Positions 8,070 through 18,082 of a stretch of 30,888 bases of DNA are shown here, piece by piece. Source of the DNA: Frankiales bacterium. GTDB lineage: Bacteria; Actinomycetota; Actinomycetes; Mycobacteriales; SCTD01. Both the position numbers and the translations under genes were made by a program. A model generated the notes under the pieces. That model did not search any database, was not told where the DNA came from, and saw nothing but the letters and a program-made list of their open reading frames with translations. The stretch covers positions 1 through 30,888 of the forward strand of contig JAYTOZ010000358.1 of the NCBI GenBank assembly GCA_043747515.1. The letters are read 5' to 3'. Position 1 is the first letter of the stretch. Each line of letters begins with the position of its first letter.

Positions 8070-9295
8070 CCGCCGTCGAGGTCCAGCACGTCGAAGCCGG
8101 TCCGTCGGACGCGCCTGTCGTCGTGCTCATCGGCTCGCTCGGCTCGACCCATGCGATGTGGGACCCGCAGGTGCCGGTGCTGAGCCAGCGCTTCCGGGTC
8201 GTCCGCTACGACGCCCGCGGGCACGGCAGATCACCGGTGCCGCCGGGCCCCTACGCACTGGACGACCTGGTCGACGACGTGGTGGCGCTGCTCGACCGGC
8301 TCGGGGTCGCGCGGGCCCACGTCGTGGGGCTCTCGCTCGGCGGCATGACCGCGATGCGGCTCGCGGTCCGCGAGCCGGCTCGGGTGGACCGGCTGGCCCT
8401 GCTGTGCACCTCGGCGCTGCTCGGGCCGCCGAGCGGCTGGACCGAGCGCGCCGCGGCCGTCCGCGCGGGCGGCAGCGGCGCGGTCGCCGACGCCGTCGTC
8501 GAGCGCTGGCTCACCCCGGCGGGCCGGCTCCCGGACCGGGTGGCCTGGCTGCGAGCCATGATCGCCGCGACACCGGCCGAGGGCTATGCCGCCTGCTGCG
8601 AGGCGATCGGGGCGATGGACCTGCGGGCCGACCTGGTGGACATCGCTGCACCGACCCTGGTCATCGCCGGCGCGGACGACCCGTCGACGCCGCCCGAGCA
8701 CCTCGAAGCCATCGTCGCGGCGATCCCCGGCGCGCGGCTGCAGGTCCTCGCCGGGGCCGCCCACCTGGCCAACATCGAGCAGGCAGCCGCTGTCAATGCC
8801 GCCCTGCTGGCCCATCTCGACCCGGCGGGGCGCTCCTCCCACAACACCGGGATGGCGGTGCGCCGGGCCGTGCTGGGCGACGAGCACGTCGACCGCGCCG
8901 TCGCAGCCACGACCGCCCTCACCGAGCCCTTCCAGGACCTCCTCACCCGCTACGCCTGGGGCGACGTCTGGGCCAGGCCGGGACTGTCCCGGCGTACGCG
9001 CAGCCTGGTGACGCTGGCGGTGCTCACCGCCCTCGGCCATGAGCACGAGCTCGCACTGCACGTGCGGGCGGCTGTCACCAACGGCCTGACCGACGAGGAG
9101 ATCTCCGAGGTGCTGCTGCACACCGCCGTCTATGCCGGCGTGCCGGCCGCGAACCGGGCCTTCGCCGTCGCCCAACAGACCCTCGCCGAGCTGCAGCCCC
9201 GACCCGGATCGAGCAAGCGCCACGCAGCTGGTGCTCGTGCTGGATCCGACCGCGACCCGCCCGCGTTTCCAGGGCCCGATCCAGCACGGCAATGA
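8066..9295 (+). CDS. pcaL: Fused 3-oxoadipate enol-lactonase / 4-carboxymuconolactone decarboxylase (PcaD-PcaC)
   Basis: Alpha/beta hydrolase (YDARGHG, GLSLGG, AAHLAN) followed by a CMD domain (YAWGDVW, ELALHVRAA, YAGVPAAN). AAGGAG RBS and GTGA overlap with pcaB. Confidence 0.93.
   Translation: MTAVEVQHVEAGPSDAPVVVLIGSLGSTHAMWDPQVPVLSQRFRVVRYDARGHGRSPVPPGPYALDDLVDDVVALLDRLGVARAHVVGLSLGGMTAMRLAVREPARVDRLALLCTSALLGPPSGWTERAAAVRAGGSGAVADAVVERWLTPAGRLPDRVAWLRAMIAATPAEGYAACCEAIGAMDLRADLVDIAAPTLVIAGADDPSTPPEHLEAIVAAIPGARLQVLAGAAHLANIEQAAAVNAALLAHLDPAGRSSHNTGMAVRRAVLGDEHVDRAVAATTALTEPFQDLLTRYAWGDVWARPGLSRRTRSLVTLAVLTALGHEHELALHVRAAVTNGLTDEEISEVLLHTAVYAGVPAANRAFAVAQQTLAELQPRPGSSKRHAAGARAGSDRDPPAFPGPDPARQ
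9233..9292. repeat. Palindromic dispersed repeat, copy 1 (REP/MITE-like)
   Basis: GCTCGTGCTGGATC-N31-GATCCAGCACG-GCAA; 11-bp perfect inverted arms (9236-9246 and 9278-9288). Homologous to 13554-13614. Confidence 0.75.
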
Positions 9296-9436
9296 TCGCC
9301 GGCCGGCCCGGGCTCGGCCTCGTTGCCGGGAGGTGCGACACCGGGCCGGTCAGATAGCCTCGGGGCGGCGTACGCAGGGCTGACCGCGCCGTTGCCGACG
9401 CCCCATCCCGACGCCCGTGCAGTGAAGGGGATCGAC

Positions 9437-10657
9437 GTGGCCACGGCGGCCGGCACACCTCTGGCGGCCCTGCTGCTGGAAAACATCCACGACGACGCTG
9501 CGTTCGCGCTGCGCGACGCAGGCTTTGCGGTGGAGCGCCTCGATCGGGCGCTCGGCGAGGCCGAGTTGCTCGAACGCATCGGCGGGGTGGCGGTGTTGGG
9601 CCTGCGCTCCAACACGTCGCTGACCGAGAAGGTGCTGGCTGCCGGCACCGAGCTGCTGGCGGTCGGGGCGTTCTGCATCGGCACCAATCAGATCGACCTC
9701 GCCGCGGCGGCCCAGCAGGGGGTCGCGGTGTTCAACGCGCCGTTCTCCAACACCCGCAGCGTCGTGGAGCTGGCGATCTCGGAGATCATCGCGCTGACCC
9801 GACGGCTGACCGACAAGAACACCGATATGCACGCCGGTCGTTGGGACAAGTCCGCGGTCGGCAGTCATGAGATTCGCGGCCGGCGGCTCGGCATCGTCGG
9901 CTACGGCAACATCGGCAGCCAGCTGTCGGTGCTCGCCGAGGCGCTCGGCATGCGGGTGCTGTTCTACGACTCCGCCGACAAACTCGCGCTGGGCAACGCC
10001 CGCCGCTGCGGGACGCTGGACGAGCTGCTCGCCGAGTCCGATGTCGTGTCGCTGCACGTCGACGGCAGGGCCGGCAACAACGACCTGTTCGGCGAGGAGC
10101 AGCTGGCTCGGATGCGGCCGCGCAGTATCTTTCTGAATCTTTCCCGCGGTTTCGTGGTCGACCACGAGGCGCTCGCAACGCACATCGGCAGCGGGCATCT
10201 GGCTGGCGCCGCCGTCGATGTCTTCCCGGTCGAGCCCAAGGCCAAGGGCGAGGAGTTCATCTCGGCTTTGCGCGGGCTGCCCAACGTCATCCTGACGCCG
10301 CACGTCGGCGGTTCGACCGAGGAGGCGCAGCAGGACATCGGTCACTTCGTCGCCGGCAAACTGCGGGACTACGTCGGGACCGGCAGCACCTCGCTGTCGG
10401 TCAACCTGCCCCCGGTCGCCCTGCCGCGCGACGCCGGCCAGACCCGGCTGCTGCTGTTGCACCACAACACGCCCGGCGTGCTGGCGACGGTCAACGGGCT
10501 GCTCGCCGAGCACGGCGTCAACATCGAGGGCCAGCTGCTCGCGACGAGGGGCAGCCTGGGCTACGTCGTCACCGACGTCGGGGGCGGCTGTGACGGCGGT
10601 GTGGTGGCGGCGCTGCGGGCGCTGCCGGACGCGGTCCGCCTGCGGGTGCTCACGTGA
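9437..10657 (+). CDS. serA: D-3-phosphoglycerate dehydrogenase, E. coli-like form with C-terminal ACT domain
   Basis: LLLENIH, GAFCIGTNQIDL, FNAPFSNTRSVVEL, GIVGYGNIG, NLSRG and TPHVGGSTEEAQ. ACT domain HHNTPGVL...VNI retains the His/Asn/Asn serine site. GAAGGGG before GTG 9437. Confidence 0.93.
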   Translation: MATAAGTPLAALLLENIHDDAAFALRDAGFAVERLDRALGEAELLERIGGVAVLGLRSNTSLTEKVLAAGTELLAVGAFCIGTNQIDLAAAAQQGVAVFNAPFSNTRSVVELAISEIIALTRRLTDKNTDMHAGRWDKSAVGSHEIRGRRLGIVGYGNIGSQLSVLAEALGMRVLFYDSADKLALGNARRCGTLDELLAESDVVSLHVDGRAGNNDLFGEEQLARMRPRSIFLNLSRGFVVDHEALATHIGSGHLAGAAVDVFPVEPKAKGEEFISALRGLPNVILTPHVGGSTEEAQQDIGHFVAGKLRDYVGTGSTSLSVNLPPVALPRDAGQTRLLLLHHNTPGVLATVNGLLAEHGVNIEGQLLATRGSLGYVVTDVGGGCDGGVVAALRALPDAVRLRVLT

Positions 10658-12012
10658 GCCTGCTCGACGAGCTCGAGACCGCGGTCGGCGTCGACCACGT
10701 TCTGGTCGACGCCGACCTCACCGCCTCCTACGAGACCGACTGGACCGGCCGCTTCTCGGGGCGGGCCCGGTGCGTCGTACGCCCGCGCAGCACCGACCAG
10801 GTCGCGGCGGTCCTGCGCGCCTGCTCGGCACATGGGGCGCCGGTGGTGGTGCAGGGCGGCAACACCGGGCTCGTCGGGGGCGCCGTCCCGGCCGGCGGCG
10901 AGGTCGTCGTGAGCATGTCCCGGCTCAGTGACGTCGGCGAGATCGACCTGGCCGCAGCGCAGGTCACGGTCGGCGCCGGGGTGACCCTCGCCGCGCTGCA
11001 GTCTCACGCGCGCGCGGCCGACCTCGACTTCGGCGTCGACCTGGCGGCGCGCGAGTCGGCCACCGTCGGCGGGCTCGTCGCGACCAACGCCGGCGGCATC
11101 CGGGTGCTGCGCTACGGCTCGATGCGTGCGCAGCTGACCGGGGCCGAGGCGGTGCTGGCGGACGGCTCGGTCGTCAGCCGGCTGGCCGGGCTCGCCAAGG
11201 ACGGCACCGGCTACGACCTCGTCTCGCTGCTCGCCGGCAGCGAGGGCACCCTGGCCGTCGTCACCCAGGTCCGGGTCCGGCTCGTCCCGCGGCCGCGGGC
11301 CCGCTGCGTGGCGCTGCTCGCGATGGCCGGCACCAGCCAGGCCGTGGCGCTGCTGCCGGGGCTGCGCGAACGGCTGCCGTCGCTGTCCGCGGCCGAGTTG
11401 TTCTTCCAGCCCGGCCTTGAGCTCGTCCGCGGCTACGGCGGCCTGCCGGCGCCGTTCGGCGAGCCGCACCCGGCCTATCTGCTGCTCGAGTGCTCCGACC
11501 GGTGCGACCCGACCGAGGCGCTCGTCGAGGCGGTCGGGGAGGCCGACGGCCTGCTCGACGCGACGGTCGCCAGCGACGCCGCCTCGCAGCGCGCGCTGTG
11601 GGCCTACCGCGAGACCCACACCGAGGCGATCAGCGCCGAGGGGGTGCCGGTCAAACTGGACGTCTCGGTGCCGACCGGCCTGCTGCCCGAGCTCGTCGAC
11701 CGGCTGCCCGGGGTGATCGCGGCGGTGTGCCCAGTGGCCCGGCCGATCGTGTTTGGCCACGTCAACGAGGGCAACCTGCACGTCAATGTGCTCGACACCG
11801 GCGAGCTGCACGACGAGGTCACCGATGCGGTGCTGCGGCTCGTCGCCGAGCTGCAGGGCAGCATCAGCAGCGAGCACGGGGTCGGCCGCGCCAAGGTCGC
11901 CTGGCTCGGACTGTCCCGGTCGGCCACCGAGATCGCCGCCATGCAGGCGATCAAGCGGGCGCTCGACCCGGCCGGGATCCTCAGCCCGGGGGTCCTGCTG
12001 CCGACGGTGTGA
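10654..12012 (+). CDS. FAD-binding oxidoreductase, D-2-hydroxyglutarate dehydrogenase-like (VAO/PCMH fold)
   Basis: QGGNTGLVGG, GGLVATNAGG, GSEGTL, WAYRETHTE, KLDVS, GHVNEGNLHVN and SSEHGVG. GTGA overlap with serA. Confidence 0.8.
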   Translation: MSLLDELETAVGVDHVLVDADLTASYETDWTGRFSGRARCVVRPRSTDQVAAVLRACSAHGAPVVVQGGNTGLVGGAVPAGGEVVVSMSRLSDVGEIDLAAAQVTVGAGVTLAALQSHARAADLDFGVDLAARESATVGGLVATNAGGIRVLRYGSMRAQLTGAEAVLADGSVVSRLAGLAKDGTGYDLVSLLAGSEGTLAVVTQVRVRLVPRPRARCVALLAMAGTSQAVALLPGLRERLPSLSAAELFFQPGLELVRGYGGLPAPFGEPHPAYLLLECSDRCDPTEALVEAVGEADGLLDATVASDAASQRALWAYRETHTEAISAEGVPVKLDVSVPTGLLPELVDRLPGVIAAVCPVARPIVFGHVNEGNLHVNVLDTGELHDEVTDAVLRLVAELQGSISSEHGVGRAKVAWLGLSRSATEIAAMQAIKRALDPAGILSPGVLLPTV

Positions 12013-12028
12013 CAGCTCGGTGACGCGG

Positions 12029-12055
12029 GGAACGACCCGGCCGGGCCACCGGTTG
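12029..12055 (+). promoter_or_regulatory. SigH/SigR-type thiol-oxidative-stress ECF promoter of msrA
   Basis: GGAAC (12029-12033)-N18-GTTG (12052-12055) matches the actinobacterial SigR/SigH consensus, and msrA is a known member of that regulon. Confidence 0.7.
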
Positions 12056-12095
12056 CACGTCGTACACATGCAGCCCGATGACAGGAGTCCCCACC

Positions 12096-12752
12096 GTGTG
12101 GTCCTTGACCAAAAAGCTCGACCTTCCCACGGCCGACACGGCGCTGCCCGGCCGCGCCGAGCCGATGGGTGTGCCCGACCGGCATGAGGTCCTCGGCACA
12201 CCGATCACCGGCCCGTTCCCAGCGGGCGCACAGACGGCCTACTTCGCCCTGGGCTGCTTCTGGGGCGCCGAGCGGATCTTCTGGGAGGCGCCCGGCGTCC
12301 TTGGCACCGCGGTCGGCTACCAGGGCGGGATGACCCCCAACCCGACGTACGAACAGACGTGCTCGGGCCGGACCGGTCACACCGAAGCCGTCCAGGTCGT
12401 CTACGACCCGACCAAGACGTCCTACGACGCGCTGCTGAAGCTGTTCTGGGAGAACCACGACCCGACGCAGGGCATGCGGCAGGGCAACGACGTCGGCTCG
12501 CAGTACCGCTCGGCGATCTACGCCTCGACCGACGTGCAGCTCGCCGCGGCCAAGGCCAGCCGTGAGGTTTACGGCAAGGCCCTGGCGGCGTCCGGCCGCA
12601 GCGAGATCTCGACCGAGATCGTCCCGGCCGGGCCGTTCTACTACGCCGAGGCCTACCACCAGCAGTACCTGCACAAGAACCCCGGGGGCTACTGCAACCA
12701 CGGCTTCAACGGCGTCTCCTGCCCGATCGGCACCGGCGTCACCTCGGCGTAG
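12096..12752 (+). CDS. msrA: Peptide-methionine (S)-S-oxide reductase
   Basis: [35 protein letters not shown] and [13 protein letters not shown] before GTG 12096. Confidence 0.97.
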   Translation: MWSLTKKLDLPTADTALPGRAEPMGVPDRHEVLGTPITGPFPAGAQTAYFALGCFWGAERIFWEAPGVLGTAVGYQGGMTPNPTYEQTCSGRTGHTEAVQVVYDPTKTSYDALLKLFWENHDPTQGMRQGNDVGSQYRSAIYASTDVQLAAAKASREVYGKALAASGRSEISTEIVPAGPFYYAEAYHQQYLHKNPGGYCNHGFNGVSCPIGTGVTSA

Positions 12753-12778
12753 CCGGCGGAGCGTGCCACCCTTGCAGG

Positions 12779-13537
12779 GTGCGCCCCCTGACCCGCAACG
12801 CCGTGCTCGCAGCGACGGTCGTCGGGTGGGTCGGGTTGGCGCTCGGCCTGGACACCGGCGCGTCGCTGACCCAGCAGCGGCTGCTCGGGGCCGGCACCTG
12901 GCTGCTGCTGCTTGCCTGCCTGCGCGGTGAGTCCCGCGCCACCCGGATCCAGGTCGCGGTCGTGGTCGCCTATGCCTCGCTGATCGAGTACGTCTTCGCC
13001 GGTTGGCTCGGGGTCTACGTCTACCGGCTGCACAACGTCCCGGCGTTCGTCCCACCTGGGCACGGGCTCGTCTATCTGGCGGCGCTCGCGATCGGCCGCA
13101 GTGGCTGGGCGCACCGCCACCAGCGCGGCCTGCTCGGTGTCACCCTCACCGCCTGCGCGGCCTGGGCGGTCTGGGGCCTTGCGTTGTCCCCGCGACCGGA
13201 CGCCCTCGGGGCGTTCTGGTTCGGCTGCCTGCTCGTGTTCGCCAGGTGGGGACGCAGCCGACTCGTCTACGCCGGGGCGTTCCTGGTCGTGAGCTACCTG
13301 GAGATCGTCGGCACCTCGCTGGGCACCTGGGCCTGGCAGCTGCACGACCCGACCGGCCTGGTCACCATCGGCAACCCGCCGAGCGGGATCGCCGGCGGCT
13401 ACGCCTGGTTCGACGCCGCCGCGCTGGCGCTGACGCCGCGGCTGCTGGCCCGGTGGGACGCCCGTCAGACCGGCTCCGGCGTCAGTCTGCGGACCGGCAC
13501 CACGCCCGACAGCACGTACGACGCGGCTGCGGTCTGA
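12779..13537 (+). CDS. Conserved hypothetical multi-pass membrane protein
   Basis: 252 aa, alternating hydrophobic segments with motif-like loops (YRLHNVPAFVPPGHG, GNPPSGIAGGY). High-GC3 codon usage; CACCCT 6 nt before GTG. Confidence 0.75.
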   Translation: MRPLTRNAVLAATVVGWVGLALGLDTGASLTQQRLLGAGTWLLLLACLRGESRATRIQVAVVVAYASLIEYVFAGWLGVYVYRLHNVPAFVPPGHGLVYLAALAIGRSGWAHRHQRGLLGVTLTACAAWAVWGLALSPRPDALGAFWFGCLLVFARWGRSRLVYAGAFLVVSYLEIVGTSLGTWAWQLHDPTGLVTIGNPPSGIAGGYAWFDAAALALTPRLLARWDARQTGSGVSLRTGTTPDSTYDAAAV

Positions 13538-13553
13538 CCCAGCAGCTCGCCGC

Positions 13554-13614
13554 GCTCGTGCTGGATCGGGCCGCGACACGCCGGGCGGTCCGCGGCCAGA
13601 TCCAGCACGAGCAA
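13554..13614. repeat. Palindromic dispersed repeat, copy 2 (REP/MITE-like)
   Basis: GCTCGTGCTGGATC (13554-13567)-N31-GATCCAGCACGAGC (13599-13612): perfect 14-bp arms with an inner GGCCGCG/CGCGGCC stem. Intergenic. Confidence 0.8.
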
Positions 13615-13645
13615 CGTCGGTCCGGCCCGACGTACCCTTGTGACA

Positions 13646-14863
13646 ATGAGCGTGCTGGCCCGTTACGCCGAGGTGCTTCGACCACCGGGCGCTCGGGCGG
13701 CGCTCGCCGCCAGCACGGTCGGCCGGGTCTCGCTCAGCAGTACCGGCCTGGGTGCGTTGCTGCTCACCCGTGCCACCACCGGCTCGTACGCCGCCGCCGG
13801 GGCGGTCTCGGCGTCGTACGCGATCTCCTTCGCGCTGGCGGCGCCGAGCCGGGCCCGCTCAGCCGACCGGGTAGGTCCGGTCCGGGTGCTCGTGCGGTGC
13901 GGGGTGCTGCATCCGCTGGCCCTGCTTGCCCTCGTCCTTCTGGCCTGGCAGAACGCACCGGCCTTCGCGCTGGCCGGCGCCGCGGTGGCAGCCGGGGTCA
14001 CCGTGCCGCCGATCGGATCGGTGATGCGCGCCCTGTGGGGCGATCTCGCACCGGGACCGGCGATGCAGACGGCCTACTCCCTGGAGTCGGTGGTCGTGGA
14101 GCTGTGCTTCGTGGTGGGGCCGCTGCTCGTCGCGGGGCTCACCGCGCTGTTCGACCCGACCGCGCCGGTGCTCGCCTCGGCGGTGCTCGCAGCCGGCGGC
14201 GCCCTGTGGCTCGCGCGTGTGCCGCGCCTGCGGGCCGTCGAGCCGCACGCCGCGCGACCCACCTCGATGGCCGGCCCGCTGGTGTCGGCGGCCGTCCGCG
14301 CGCAACTGCTGACGGTGCTGTGGATCGGGGTGGGTTTCGGCGCCATCGAGGTGGCGGTGCCGGCATTTGTCGAAGAGCACGGCAGCCGGCCCAGCGCCGC
14401 CGGGGTGGTGCTGGCCGTCTGGAGCCTCGGCTCGGTCCTCGGCGGTCTGGTCTACGGCGGGCTGCATCCGCGGGCCCACGCGCACCGCCAGCTGCCGGTG
14501 CTCGTGGGGGCACTCGCCGTCGGCGCGAGCCTGCCGGTGCTGTCACCGGGGGTGCTGCTACTCGCCGCCGCGCTGTTCGCCTACGGCGGGGCGATCGCGC
14601 CGTTCAGCGCCTGCAATTCGGTCCTGCTCGGCGCCTCGGCCCCGGCGGGCACGCTGACCGAGGTGTTCGCCTGGAACGGCAGCATGATCTTTGGTGGTGC
14701 GGCGCTCGGCAGCGCGCTGGCCGGTCAGCTGATCGGCCCGTACGGCGCGGTCGCCGCCCTGGCCGTGACCGCCGCCGCCGGGCTGCTGACCCTGCTGTCG
14801 TCGGTGGTCGGGCTGTCGGCGCTGCGCGCAGGCGCGTCGGTCAGCGCACCTGCAGCGCGCTGA
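13646..14863 (+). CDS. MFS transporter
   Basis: About 12 hydrophobic segments, motif-A-like ARSADRVGPVRV and AYSLESVVVELCFVVGP. TACCCT 7 nt before ATG 13646. Confidence 0.9.
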   Translation: MSVLARYAEVLRPPGARAALAASTVGRVSLSSTGLGALLLTRATTGSYAAAGAVSASYAISFALAAPSRARSADRVGPVRVLVRCGVLHPLALLALVLLAWQNAPAFALAGAAVAAGVTVPPIGSVMRALWGDLAPGPAMQTAYSLESVVVELCFVVGPLLVAGLTALFDPTAPVLASAVLAAGGALWLARVPRLRAVEPHAARPTSMAGPLVSAAVRAQLLTVLWIGVGFGAIEVAVPAFVEEHGSRPSAAGVVLAVWSLGSVLGGLVYGGLHPRAHAHRQLPVLVGALAVGASLPVLSPGVLLLAAALFAYGGAIAPFSACNSVLLGASAPAGTLTEVFAWNGSMIFGGAALGSALAGQLIGPYGAVAALAVTAAAGLLTLLSSVVGLSALRAGASVSAPAAR

Positions 14864-15619
14864 GCACCTCGTCGTGCAGCAGGCCGTTGCTGCACACCAC
14901 GCTGCCGCCGTCGGCGGTCGCCCGGCCGGCAAGGTCGGTGAAGCGGCCGCCGGCCTGCTCGACGATCACCTGCAGGGCGGCGAGGTCCCACAGCGACACC
15001 TCGGGCTCGAACGACGCGTCGACCGCGCCCTCGGCGACGAGCAGGTGCGACCAGAAGTCGCCGAACGCCCTGGTCCGCCAGCACCGCTGCGACAGCGACA
15101 GCAGCCCGGGCAGCCGGCCCTGATCCTGCCAACCGGTGAGGCTGCTGTAGGACAAGTGCGCGTCGGCCAGTTGGCTGACCCGCGAGACGCCGAGCCTGGT
15201 GCCCTGGGACGCCGACGCCCCGGCGTACGCGCCGAGGCCGGTGGCGGCCCACCACCGGCGGCCGAGCGCCGGCGCGCTGGCGACCCCGACGGTGGTGACA
15301 CCGTCCTCCTGCAGCGCGATCAGGGTGGCCCAGACGGGCACGCCGCGCACGAAGTTCTTGGTGCCGTCGATCGGGTCGAGGACCCAGCGACGCGGCCCCG
15401 CACCGGTGCTGCCCTGCTCCTCGCCAAGGATCGCGTCACCGCAACGGCGTACGGCGAGCAGGTCGCGCAGCTCGCGCTCGACGGCGGTGTCGGCGTCACT
15501 GACCGGGGTGAGGTCGGGCTTGGTCGAGACCTGCAGGTCGAGGGCCCGGAAGCGGGCCAGGGTGACGGCGTCGGCCCGGTCGGCGAGCTGATGGGCCAGC
15601 TCCAGGTCGTCCTGCAGCG

Positions 15620-15623
<4 letters not shown>
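14841..15623 (-). CDS. hisN: Histidinol-phosphatase (inositol monophosphatase family)
   Basis: KPDLTPVSDAD, ILGEE, WVLDPIDGTKNFVRGVPVWATLIAL, TRAFGDFW and WDLAAL. ATGA overlap with fabF. Confidence 0.92.
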
Positions 15624-17802
<2,179 letters not shown>

Positions 17803-17826
17803 CCGCGACTGGTTAGGGTCGGCGGC

Positions 17827-18069
17827 ATGGAGCGCACCGAGGTCCTTGACGTGATGCGGGACAAGGCCGTCGAGATGCTCGAGGTCGAGCCGGACGCCGT
17901 CCAGGAGGACAAGTCGTTCGTCGAAGACCTCAAGGTCGACTCGCTGTCGCTGGTGGAGTACACGATGGACCTCGAGGATGCGTTCGGGATCGAGCTGCCC
18001 GAGGACGAGCTGACCGACCTCAAGACCATCGGGGCGTTCGTCGACCTCATCATGACCAAGCTCGGTTAG
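17827..18069 (+). CDS. Acyl carrier protein (ACP-2)
   Basis: 80 aa, acidic, EDLKVDSLSLVE...LEDAFGIELPEDE. TAGGGT 7 nt before ATG. Confidence 0.93.
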   Translation: MERTEVLDVMRDKAVEMLEVEPDAVQEDKSFVEDLKVDSLSLVEYTMDLEDAFGIELPEDELTDLKTIGAFVDLIMTKLG

Positions 18070-18082
18070 GGCGGGCGAGCTC

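Noticed and set aside
9296-9436. Riboswitch or attenuator in the serA leader
   Set aside because: No recognisable aptamer consensus, leader peptide or terminator/antiterminator pair.
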